Below are positions 55,534 to 64,000 of a DNA stretch of 64,000 nucleotides, piece after piece. The position numbers and the translations under genes were made by a program. The stretch's first letter is position 1, and each line of letters opens with the position of its first letter. Source of the stretch: Chthoniobacteraceae bacterium. GTDB lineage: Bacteria > Verrucomicrobiota > Verrucomicrobiia > Chthoniobacterales > Chthoniobacteraceae. The notes beneath the pieces were generated by a model. It did no database searches, was not told the DNA's origin, and saw only the letters and a program-made list of their open reading frames with translations. The stretch covers positions 32,001 to 96,000 of the forward strand of contig JANNWY010000083.1 of the NCBI GenBank assembly GCA_031409335.1. Direction: 5' to 3'.

Positions 55534-57102
55534 CTACTCCCACTCGATCGTCGCCGGGGGCTTGCTGCTGATGTCGTAGCAGACGCGGTTCACGCCTTTC
55601 ACTTCATTGATGATGCGGGTGCTGATGCGGGCGAGGATGTCGTAAGGCACGCGGACCCAGTCGGCAGTCATGCCATCCTGACTCTCGACGATGCGGACGG
55701 CGATGGTTTGCGCGTAGGTGCGCTCGTCGCCCATGACTCCGACGCTGCGGATGGGGAGCAGCACGGCGAAGCTCTGCCAGACTTTGTAATACCAGTCGCT
55801 CGCCTTCATTTCGCTGACAACGATGGTGTCCGCTTCACGCAGGATGCGCAGTCGATCGGGGGTGATTGCGCCAAGGATGCGGACGGCGAGGCCGGGGCCG
55901 GGGAAGGGCTGGCGCTGCACGATTTCTTTCGGCAGGCCGAGCTGCGCGCCGACTTCGCGGACTTCGTCCTTGAAGAGCTGACGCAGCGGTTCGACGAGCT
56001 TGAACTTCATGTTCTTCGGCAGTCCGCCGACGTTGTGATGGCTCTTGATGAGCGCGGCGGGATTGCCGCCGATGGCGACGCTTTCGATCACGTCGGGATA
56101 GAGCGTGCCTTGGGCGAGGAATTTGAATTTCGATTTGTGTTTCGCGCCGGTGAGTTCCTTCACGGCATCCTCGAAAACGCGGACGAATTCGTTGCCGATG
56201 ATCTTGCGTTTGCGCTCGGGGGTGGTGATGCCGCGCAGCTTTTTCAGGAAACGCGCGGAGGCGTTCACGGTCTTGAGTTTTACGTGGAAGTTGTCGCCAA
56301 AGACGCGCTTCACGGCCTCCGCTTCGTTCGAACGCAGCAGGCCGTTGTTCACAAAAACGCAGGTGAGCTGATTGCCGATGGCCTTGTGCAAGAGCGCGGC
56401 TGCGACGCTGGAATCAACGCCGCCGCTGAGCCCGAGCAGGACGTGATCGTCGCCGACTTGCTGGCGGATTTCCTGGCAGGTCTGCTCGATGAAGGAACCC
56501 ATCGTCCAATCCATATGGCAGCCGCAGATGCCGTACACAAAGTTTTGGATGATCTCCTTCCCGCGCGGGGTGTGGACGACTTCGGGGTGAAACTGGATGC
56601 CGTAGAATTGTTTCTTCGGTTGCTCGATGGCAGCGAAGGGCGAGTTGTCCGTGTGGCCGACGGCGCGGAAGCCACGCGGGAGTTTCGTCACTTTGTCGCC
56701 GTGCGAATTCCAAATATCCACGACCACGCCGAGCCCGGCGAAGAGCGCGCAATCCGCGCCGACGTGGAGCTGGCCGCGCCCGTATTCGCGATGGGTGGAA
56801 TGCTCGACCTTGCCACCGAGATGATGCGCCATGAGCTGCACGCCGTAGCAGATGCCGAGGATGGGCAGGCCGAGTGAAAAGATCGCGGGATTGGGCTGCG
56901 GCGCGTCCTTGCCATACACGCTGGATGGGCCGCCGCTGAGGATGATGCCGTTCGGTTTGAGCGCCTTGATTTCCGCGGCGGAAAGATCGTGGCGAACGAT
57001 CTGCGAATAGACCTGGCACTCGCGCACGCGCCGCGCGATGATCTGGGTGTACTGCGATCCGAAATCGAGGATGACGATGCGGGAGACGGAGCCTTCGGCC
57101 AT
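55534..57102 (-). CDS. guaA: GMP synthase (glutamine-hydrolysing)
   Basis: [45 protein letters not shown]. Confidence 0.98.
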   Translation of the reverse strand: MAEGSVSRIVILDFGSQYTQIIARRVRECQVYSQIVRHDLSAAEIKALKPNGIILSGGPSSVYGKDAPQPNPAIFSLGLPILGICYGVQLMAHHLGGKVEHSTHREYGRGQLHVGADCALFAGLGVVVDIWNSHGDKVTKLPRGFRAVGHTDNSPFAAIEQPKKQFYGIQFHPEVVHTPRGKEIIQNFVYGICGCHMDWTMGSFIEQTCQEIRQQVGDDHVLLGLSGGVDSSVAAALLHKAIGNQLTCVFVNNGLLRSNEAEAVKRVFGDNFHVKLKTVNASARFLKKLRGITTPERKRKIIGNEFVRVFEDAVKELTGAKHKSKFKFLAQGTLYPDVIESVAIGGNPAALIKSHHNVGGLPKNMKFKLVEPLRQLFKDEVREVGAQLGLPKEIVQRQPFPGPGLAVRILGAITPDRLRILREADTIVVSEMKASDWYYKVWQSFAVLLPIRSVGVMGDERTYAQTIAVRIVESQDGMTADWVRVPYDILARISTRIINEVKGVNRVCYDISSKPPATIEWE

Positions 57103-57103
57103 G

Positions 57104-57304
57104 CTAGTAGCCGACGCGCGACTGCTCGCGGATGAGAGGATCCTCGGAGCGATCCGGCTGCACGATCGTTCCCTGCCCGGTCACGCCGCGCTTCAGCTTT
57201 TCCGCGCCGGTGGTATCGGCGGCACCCGGCGGGACATCACTTTCGCAGCCGGACACGAGGACGCCCGCAGCGGCGACAAACAAAGAGAGAACAATGGCTT
57301 TCAT
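57104..57304 (-). CDS. Small putative lipoprotein (66 aa)
   Basis: [20 protein letters not shown] lipobox; stop lies 1 nt from the guaA ATG. Confidence 0.7.
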   Translation of the reverse strand: MKAIVLSLFVAAAGVLVSGCESDVPPGAADTTGAEKLKRGVTGQGTIVQPDRSEDPLIREQSRVGY

Positions 57305-57439
57305 GGGCGGCTGTAATAGTGAGCCGATCCGCGGCTGTCGAGTGACGAGTCGCGGGAAAGTGATGGCGCGCGCTCGGTGGGGAAATTCGATGGCCGCGCC
57401 ATTGCGCTCTTTCAATGGATATGATGGATTTCGCGGTGT

Positions 57440-59527
57440 ATGCAAATCCGCTTCACCATTCGACGCCGAGGCTTTGCAAGCGCCCTCTGTTTTCTGCTGG
57501 CTTGGTCTGCGATCGTCGTCGGGGGTGAAGCTGCGAAAGACGAAACGCCGATCAAGGTTTCCCATGCGCCGAAGCAACCGAAGTCCGGGGAACGTGTGGT
57601 GATCACAGTGGAAACGCAGCGTCCGCTGAAGACGGAGAGTCTGGTTTTGCAATATCAAGTGGTCGATCCGGGCAACTACATCGACTTGCGCGCTCCTGCC
57701 TACGCCACGGACTGGAAGGAAGCCGCGCTATCAAGTGCGGTGCGCGCGACCTCGGCAGCCAGCCGAACTGCGTTCAAAGCGGAGCTTCCGCCCGAATTGC
57801 AAACGAATCGGCGCTTGATTCGTTACCGCATTTTCTCGACCGAAAGCAAAGCCGTCGTGGCGCCAGACGCGAAGGATACGCAGCCGAACTTCGCGTATTT
57901 CGTCTATGACGGCATTCCGGAATGGCGCGGTGCGGTGAATCCGAAAGGCACCGGGCCGGAGAAGAAGGTTGTCACCTTCGATCAAAAAGTGATGCGCAGC
58001 TTGCAAGCCTATCATCTCATCGCGGAGCGGCGTGCCGTCGAGAACGTCACCTGGCACGACCCAAAGGGTTTTATGAACCCAGCCGGCAGTGAGTATGAAT
58101 ACACCGGGACGCTCGTCGCGGAGGGAGCGGTGTATGACCATGTCCGCTTTCGGGCGCGCGGCGGCCAGTGGCGCCATGCCACGGGCAAGAACATGTGGAA
58201 GATCGACTTCCTGAAAGGCCACCGCCTGGAAGCGCGTGATAACTGGGGCCGGAAGTATCCCAAAAAATGGGACAAACTGAATCTTAGCGGCTGCATCCAG
58301 CAGGCAGACTACGGAATGCGCGGCGAGCAAGGCATGCTCGATGCCGTATCCTTCAGGCTCTTCAATCTCGCGGGAGTCGAGGCGCCGCATACCCATTGGG
58401 TGCAGTTCCGAATCGTGGATGCGCCGGAGGAAACTCCCGATGACCAGTACCGCGGCGACTTCTGGGGATTGTATCTCGCGATCGAGAACGTCGATGACCA
58501 ATTCATCGAGACCCACGACTTGCCGGACGGCAATCTTTACAAGATGGACTTCAACGGTCCTGAACCAAAGCACCTGGCTGCGGATGCCCCGGATGATCGA
58601 GCCGACGTGCTTCAGTTCATGCGCGACCTGCGCCGGAATCCCAATGTCGATTGGTGGCGGACCCATGTCGATCTACCCCGCTACTACAGCTATCGCTCCA
58701 TCCTGGAAAGCGTTCACCATTACGACATCATGATGGGGAAAAACTACTATTACTTTCGCCCGACAGCCACCAAACGCTGGCAGGTGATCCCATGGGATGT
58801 GGATCTGACATGGTCGGACCGGGCGTATGGCAATGGCGAGGAGCCATTCAAACAGGCCGGCCTGCTGCGCTGCGAACCACTCACGGCAGAGTATCAATCG
58901 CGCCTCATCGAAATCCGCGACCTTCTTTTCAACGCGGAACAAACCGGGGCTTTGATCGATGAATACGCTGCGGTGATCGGTGATCTCAACGGAGGCCGCT
59001 CCTTCGTCGAGGCCGACCGCGCCAAGTGGGACTTTCACCCGATCATGTCCTCGCGATACATCCGGCCCGGCAAGAGCGGTCCCGGTTATTTCTATGGAAA
59101 CTCGCCCACGGGTGACTTCCGTGGGATGGCTCAACTCATGAAGCAGTATGTGGCGCATCGCGGTGAGTGGATAGATCGCACCCTCCTGGCGGATGCCTCC
59201 ATCCCGGCAACGCCGGTGATCGCTCCTGCCGGCCCGCTCGATGCCTCGGCTCCAAGCTGGAAGCTGCGCCTGGCCCGGCCCGCGGCGGCGCAAAAGGTCA
59301 AGTGGCGCCTCGCGGAAATCACGGACACCAAGAACCCTCCGAACCCAACCAGACTGCCGGGCAAATACGAGATCGACGCACTCTGGCAGGCGGAAGGCGG
59401 AGCGGTGGGAGACATTCCGACCAGACGTTTGGAGAAGGGGCATACCTATCGCATCAGGGCTCGCGTCCAGAACGGCGCGGGAAGCTGGAGCCATTGGTCC
59501 GCACCGGAACAAATCACCGTCCGATGA
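57440..59527 (+). CDS. Secreted CotH-kinase family protein
   Basis: Signal peptide; VRFRARGG, WKIDF, FWGLYLAIENVD, GNLYK, KNYYYF, VIPWDVDLTW; FN3-like C-terminus. Confidence 0.85.
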   Translation: MQIRFTIRRRGFASALCFLLAWSAIVVGGEAAKDETPIKVSHAPKQPKSGERVVITVETQRPLKTESLVLQYQVVDPGNYIDLRAPAYATDWKEAALSSAVRATSAASRTAFKAELPPELQTNRRLIRYRIFSTESKAVVAPDAKDTQPNFAYFVYDGIPEWRGAVNPKGTGPEKKVVTFDQKVMRSLQAYHLIAERRAVENVTWHDPKGFMNPAGSEYEYTGTLVAEGAVYDHVRFRARGGQWRHATGKNMWKIDFLKGHRLEARDNWGRKYPKKWDKLNLSGCIQQADYGMRGEQGMLDAVSFRLFNLAGVEAPHTHWVQFRIVDAPEETPDDQYRGDFWGLYLAIENVDDQFIETHDLPDGNLYKMDFNGPEPKHLAADAPDDRADVLQFMRDLRRNPNVDWWRTHVDLPRYYSYRSILESVHHYDIMMGKNYYYFRPTATKRWQVIPWDVDLTWSDRAYGNGEEPFKQAGLLRCEPLTAEYQSRLIEIRDLLFNAEQTGALIDEYAAVIGDLNGGRSFVEADRAKWDFHPIMSSRYIRPGKSGPGYFYGNSPTGDFRGMAQLMKQYVAHRGEWIDRTLLADASIPATPVIAPAGPLDASAPSWKLRLARPAAAQKVKWRLAEITDTKNPPNPTRLPGKYEIDALWQAEGGAVGDIPTRRLEKGHTYRIRARVQNGAGSWSHWSAPEQITVR

Positions 59528-61590
59528 ACTGGCTCCTATCCCGCCTGATTCCATGCTGGTTGCTCATGGCAGTGGCGCGCGGTGATTCCAGCCATGTGGT
59601 GATCAACGAGATCATGTATCATCCGCCGGGCGATCTCGATCTTCTTCAGTTCATCGAGTTATACAATCCAGGCAAAGCCGAGTGCGACCTATCTGGGTGG
59701 GGAATCACCAAGGGTGTGAAGGTTGTCTTCCCAAAGCCAACGAAGCTCGCGCCCGGCGGATTTCTGCTAGTCGTCCGCGACCGCGCCGCATTTGGCGGGC
59801 ACTATGGAAAGGAACTGCCAATCGCGGGGGAGTTCGTGGGAAACCTGAGCCACAATGGTGAACGCATCGAATTGTCGGACGCGGAGGGCAAGGTGATCGA
59901 GACAGTGAAGTATGCCGACGCCGCACCGTGGCCGATGGCTGCGGACGGTCATTCATCGTCAGTCGAACGCATCTGCCCATTTTCCCCCGCGGACGAGGCA
60001 TCGAACTGGGCAGCCTCAAACATCCCGGACCTTGAAACACCCGCGGGCACGCCGGGCCGGGCCAACGATTCGTTTTCCGCAAATCCTCCGCCCGTCATCG
60101 GCGGTGTGATACTGACGCCGGCGATGCCAAGGCCAGCGCAAGCGACGATCGTGGAAGCACTGGTGACCGATGGAGACGGCGTGAAGGCAGTCGAAATGAC
60201 CTATCAAGTCGCGACCGCAGGCAGCCTTGCGGAGCCACTGTCGCTTGCCATGAAGCGCGTTTCTGGCGACGCCAACAAAGGACGTTACCGGGCAACCCTT
60301 CCCGCCCAGCCTGCGGGCCGGCTCGTGCGCTATCGGTTCCGTGCGATCGACGCCGCTGGCACCGCGCGCAATTCGCCCGAGGCGAATGACCTGCGCGGTG
60401 CGTGGAGCTATTCCACTTTTACAAACGACAACACTTCGAAAGTCCCGTTCGGATTCATCCTGCGCCCAGGTAGCGCGCCACTCCGGGGAAAGCCGCGCGG
60501 CTTCGGTGCACCGATTCAAAAAACCACCCGCGGGCGCGACGCATTTGTGTATCTGCCAGCGGGTGGCGGCGAGGTGCATCTGTTTGATTTCATCCAGGCT
60601 CCCCGCCGCAAGGGTGGCTACAAAGTGCGTTTTTTGAAGGATCAAACCTTGCGCGGAATGACGAGCATCAACATCGTCTTCGAGGATTCTCCCCGCTACG
60701 CGCTCTCGGAAGCGTTGTCCTATGAGCTATACCGTCTCGCCGGGGTGCCCGCGGAGATGACGGAGCACATCCGACTATGGGTCGATGGCGAATGCCGTGG
60801 CTATCATTTGTTAGTCGAACAGCCAAACAAGTCCTTCCTCGCCCGAAATGATCGCAACACGAATGGCAATCTTTACAAGCTGATCTGGTATGGCGAAGGA
60901 GTCATCGGCAAGCACGAGAAGAAGTCCAATCAGACCAATGGCCACGATGACTTGATCGCGGCAATCAATGGATTGAAGAACTTGAGCGGCGGCGACCAGT
61001 GGGCTTTCATCCAGCAGCACTTCAACGTGGAGGAATTCATCAACTACTTTGCCGTGAACATGTGCATCCAAAATTGGGATGGCTTTCACAATAACTTCTT
61101 CATCTATCACGACACCGAAGGCACTGGCCTCTGGGAAATCTATCCGTGGGATGAGGACAAGACATGGGGCGACTACGACGGCGCATCACCGAGGTATGAC
61201 TGGTACAAGCTCCCACTCTCCTTCGGCATGGATGGCGATCAGCGCCCAGACTCGCTCGGCGGACCCGCCGCGGGCAATTCCTTCCGGGGATGGTGGCGGG
61301 CGCCGGGATTCTTCAGCGGTCCCCTGCTCGCCAATCCACAGTTTCGCGAACGTTTCCTCGTCCGCCTGCGCCAAGTCTGCGCCACGATTTTTACCGAGGA
61401 GAAAGTGTTCCCGCTGATCAACGCGATGGAAAGCCGGCTCGAAAAAGAGGTGCCAATCCGGGCACAATCCAACCACGAGGACACTGCCCAGGCGGTCGCG
61501 CGCTTTCACAGCGACATGCAGTCTTTTCGTGACCAGGTGACTTACCGGCGGAAGTTCGTGCTCGACGAATTGGACAAGCTCAAGCGATAG
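59524..61590 (+). CDS. Secreted lamin-tail-domain + CotH-kinase family protein
   Basis: ATGA overlap with the upstream gene; VVINEIMYHP..FIELYNP..DLSGW..GTPGRAN (lamin tail); GYKVRF, GNLYK, NWDGFHNNFFIY, YPWDEDKTWG. Confidence 0.87.
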   Translation: MNWLLSRLIPCWLLMAVARGDSSHVVINEIMYHPPGDLDLLQFIELYNPGKAECDLSGWGITKGVKVVFPKPTKLAPGGFLLVVRDRAAFGGHYGKELPIAGEFVGNLSHNGERIELSDAEGKVIETVKYADAAPWPMAADGHSSSVERICPFSPADEASNWAASNIPDLETPAGTPGRANDSFSANPPPVIGGVILTPAMPRPAQATIVEALVTDGDGVKAVEMTYQVATAGSLAEPLSLAMKRVSGDANKGRYRATLPAQPAGRLVRYRFRAIDAAGTARNSPEANDLRGAWSYSTFTNDNTSKVPFGFILRPGSAPLRGKPRGFGAPIQKTTRGRDAFVYLPAGGGEVHLFDFIQAPRRKGGYKVRFLKDQTLRGMTSINIVFEDSPRYALSEALSYELYRLAGVPAEMTEHIRLWVDGECRGYHLLVEQPNKSFLARNDRNTNGNLYKLIWYGEGVIGKHEKKSNQTNGHDDLIAAINGLKNLSGGDQWAFIQQHFNVEEFINYFAVNMCIQNWDGFHNNFFIYHDTEGTGLWEIYPWDEDKTWGDYDGASPRYDWYKLPLSFGMDGDQRPDSLGGPAAGNSFRGWWRAPGFFSGPLLANPQFRERFLVRLRQVCATIFTEEKVFPLINAMESRLEKEVPIRAQSNHEDTAQAVARFHSDMQSFRDQVTYRRKFVLDELDKLKR

Positions 61591-61864
61591 CGCTGGCGAC
61601 CGGGGCAAACGATGTCGCGGGAGTCGGACGCGGCTGGAACAATCGCGAGCGTCGTTTTAGCCTCGCGCCACCGGGTGATGAAGGTGCGCGGGGATCGTCT
61701 CGTGGAAGATTTGTTTTCTTTTCGGACGGACGATGGCGCGACTCGACACAGTGCGAGCTTTGCGCTTTCTCGTTAATCCCGATGAACCGGATTTACTGCG
61801 TCAAAGCCCTGGATAGAAAAGTAAGCAACCCATTTCACGGTGGATTCAACGAGGGAGTGGACGC

Positions 61865-62593
61865 GTGAAGCGTCGTCGCACCAACCGCGAATCGAAATCG
61901 CGCCTCGTCCGTGAGGATTCGCCCGAATACGGCGCCACCCCGCCCCGCTTCATTGATCTCTTTTGCGGCATCGGCGGCTTCCGCATCGCCTTCGAGCGGG
62001 CGGGCGGACGCTGCGTCTTCTCCTCCGACTACGACAAATTCAGCCAGCAGACCTACGAGGCGAATTTCGGTGAGCACCCCCACGGCGACATCCACAGCGT
62101 CGCCGTCGCCGACATCCCCGCGCACGACATCCTCTGCGGCAGCTTCCCCTGCCAGCCCTTCAGCATCGCGGGCGTCTCGAAGAAACTGAGCCTCGGCCGC
62201 AAGCACGGCTTCGAGGACGTGAAGCAGGGCAACCTCTTCTTTTCCATTGCCGACATCCTCGACTTCCACCGCCCCGCCGCGTTCGTCCTCGAGAACGTCA
62301 CGAACCTCAAGGGCCACGACGGCGGCAAGACCTTCGAGATCATCCACCGCACCCTCACCGAAGCGCTCGGCTACACCGTCGATCACAAGATCATCGACGC
62401 GCAGAGCGTCGTCCCCCAGCACCGCGAGCGCATCTTCATCGTCGGCTTCCGCGAGCGCGCAAGGGTGGGCTCGTTTAGTAAAAGGGTGCGCGAGCGAGCG
62501 CCGAAGGCACGACCGGTATCTCTCCCTGCTCGTAACGTGCGGTCACCTGCTGCACGAGTTCCAGAAACCACGACCGGGCATCCGGTGCGATGA
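61865..62593 (+). pseudogene. dcm: C-terminally truncated DNA (cytosine-5) methyltransferase
   Basis: Motifs I (DLFCGIGG), IV (FPCQPFS), VI (LENV) and VIII (QHRERIFIVG) present. Similarity ends at about 62455 with no TRD or motifs IX/X; the remaining tail is antisense of the next gene. Confidence 0.8.
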
Positions 62594-63731
62594 GCACTCG
62601 CTCGATCGTCTTTGCCACATTGATCTTTACCCATCGTCCCGCCGAGGCAGTCGGTTCACTCTCCAATTTCAGCAGCGCTGCCATCTTCGTTGGCTCGATG
62701 ATCGCCCTCACCTCGCGCTCATGCTCAAAGGACTTTCGTTTGTAGAGAAATGGCGCGAGCGGATTGCTCTCCGGAATCCATCCTTTCTCATAATCCACGT
62801 AGCGAACCATTCCGACCCGCGCCTGCTCGCCCATCGCCGCCTGCAACTTCCGAAACGTCGTCTGCACACACACCGCCTCGTGTGTGAGCGCGTAGAGCTT
62901 CCACATTGCCGCTGACTCCTGCTCATTGCTGTGCCAGCAACTCACTGCAACGTGTCCGCGCAGGCGCTTCACCATTTCTCCGGCGGTGAGGTGAAAGCGG
63001 TTCGGCAGGTGGTTATAAACTCGTGGTCGAAACTCTTCATTGCCTCGCGCATACGACCCTTCGAATGGGTCCACCAGCATCTCCACCGTCGGGAAGTAGA
63101 GGCCTTCGTTCTGAAGCATCGAGACAAATTTCGTGAAGTCCATGTAGCGCCACAGCGGGATGTCCGGGTCGGCCGGCGGCATGAAGAGAGTATATGGCGC
63201 AGCGTGGCTCTCGCCTGCTCCATTGGCCGACTTCATCCGCGGAACTAAGCCTCGCCGGAGATGATCGAGGTAATTCTCCAAACCAGCTTTTCGAGCTGCA
63301 ATAGCGGCAGCCTTGGCAGGCTCCTCGCCGCCATACTTCTTCACCGTAAAGGGTTTGACGACGATCTTTCTATCGATCCCGGGCCAGTCTGCTGACCAGA
63401 AAGGATAAAAGCGGTCTCCATTCGGAGTCCTCTTTCTGCCATTGGAGCGATAGATTCCGTGCTCAGGGTCAAGATCGACGTCTCCAAACTTCCCATACCC
63501 GATCCCTGAAGCGGCAAACTCATTCTCCATCGCGTCGCGGAAGCGTTGAGCCATCAGCCGCGATGGTTCTTCTCCGCCATACCGATTCCAGTTGAACGAC
63601 TCACTCACCGGCTTTCGCCCCTTGGATGTGAAATGGACCTGCCACGAGCGGGTCCATGAGTTGGTTCCCCTCTTCCGGTAATTCTGCGGACGGATGTTCC
63701 TCATCTCTCCGGTTAGCGGTGCGTGGCGCAT
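62475..63731 (-). CDS. Tandem AP2-like DNA-binding domains fused to a DUF2971-like domain
   Basis: Two repeats (SWQVHF..SESFNWNRYGGEEPSRLMAQRFRD; FWSADW..VKPFTVKKYGGEEPAKAAAIAARK), then LWRYMDFTKF..DPFEG..VSCWH..ESAAMWKLY..KRKSFEHEREVR. Start 63731 or 63704. Confidence 0.75.
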   Translation of the reverse strand: MRHAPLTGEMRNIRPQNYRKRGTNSWTRSWQVHFTSKGRKPVSESFNWNRYGGEEPSRLMAQRFRDAMENEFAASGIGYGKFGDVDLDPEHGIYRSNGRKRTPNGDRFYPFWSADWPGIDRKIVVKPFTVKKYGGEEPAKAAAIAARKAGLENYLDHLRRGLVPRMKSANGAGESHAAPYTLFMPPADPDIPLWRYMDFTKFVSMLQNEGLYFPTVEMLVDPFEGSYARGNEEFRPRVYNHLPNRFHLTAGEMVKRLRGHVAVSCWHSNEQESAAMWKLYALTHEAVCVQTTFRKLQAAMGEQARVGMVRYVDYEKGWIPESNPLAPFLYKRKSFEHEREVRAIIEPTKMAALLKLESEPTASAGRWVKINVAKTIERVLIAPDARSWFLELVQQVTARYEQGEIPVVPSALARAPFY

Positions 63732-63810
63732 CGTTGCAGCCTACAAAAGAGACCGCGCGACGCCAGCGCCGAGACGACGCATTGGATTGGGCGTGATGCC
63801 GTCCATGCAC

Positions 63811-63893
63811 CGGCCCGGAGGGCCGACGGAAATTAGCCGGTGGCGTCAGCCACCGGAACCGCATCCCAACAGAATCCGCCCCGGCAGGGGCGG
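63811..63893. repeat. Three consecutive hairpins beside the IS200-type transposase
   Basis: cggccc-gga-gggccg (63811-63825), ccggtggc-gtca-gccaccgg (63837-63856), ccgcccc-ggca-ggggcgg (63876-63893). Confidence 0.75.
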
Positions 63894-63904
63894 CGGAATC
63901 GCGC

Positions 63905-64000
63905 TCACCACAGATACCGCTCGTCGTATTCCACGCCGCCGAGTCGCAGGAATTCGAGATACTCATCCTGGTAAGTCTGTTTTCGGTGATGCTCCTCCTG
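63905..64000 (-). mobile_element. tnpA: 3' end of an IS200/IS605-family Y1 transposase; runs off the right edge
   Basis: Not in ORF track. Manual translation QEEHHRKQTYQDEYLEFLRLGGVEYDERYLW*, a typical IS200-like TnpA C-terminus. Confidence 0.85.

Noticed and set aside
988..56877. Long antisense or alternate-frame ORFs (e.g. 988-2292, 9983-11587, 35289-37025, 41958-44087, 46966-49026, 53478-55391, 55210-56877)
   Set aside because: They shadow well-supported genes, have no motifs, and are expected in high-GC DNA.
1..64000. CRISPR array, rRNA or intact prophage
   Set aside because: No repeat-spacer array, rRNA-like sequence, integrase, capsid or terminase gene recognised.

Overview
GC-rich bacterial chromosome segment. 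The gene content (PEP-CTERM protein, CotH/lamin-tail proteins, GSDH-cytochrome c fusion, DWPQYRGP beta-propeller, kinase-FGE fusion) suggests Verrucomicrobiota; this taxon is an inference. Housekeeping genes are kbl, hisB/H/A, larC, proA, thiH/thiS, tamB/tamA-like, aspS, guaA, tRNA-Ala(CGC) and tRNA-Leu(GAG). They are interleaved with an asnB/glycosyltransferase cluster, a PIN toxin-antitoxin pair, two-component systems, a MarR-RND pump, a P450 and many secreted proteins. The right end is a mobile/defence-like patch: a truncated dcm, a tandem-AP2 + DUF2971-like fusion gene and the 3' end of an IS200-type tnpA. Best leads: (1) the AP2-AP2-DUF2971 fusion; (2) a lone contractile tail-sheath gene placed right after thiH-thiS; (3) a shared C-terminal domain ending in F/Y-R-hydrophobic on three unrelated secreted proteins, a possible sorting signal; (4) larC split by one in-frame amber codon; (5) a candidate ECF-promoter sRNA; (6) GTAG-REP doublets that supply stop codons, and heptamer repeats inside or abutting genes. 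All family calls come from motif recognition by eye, without database searches. Several start codons were moved from the ORF track to more plausible positions.
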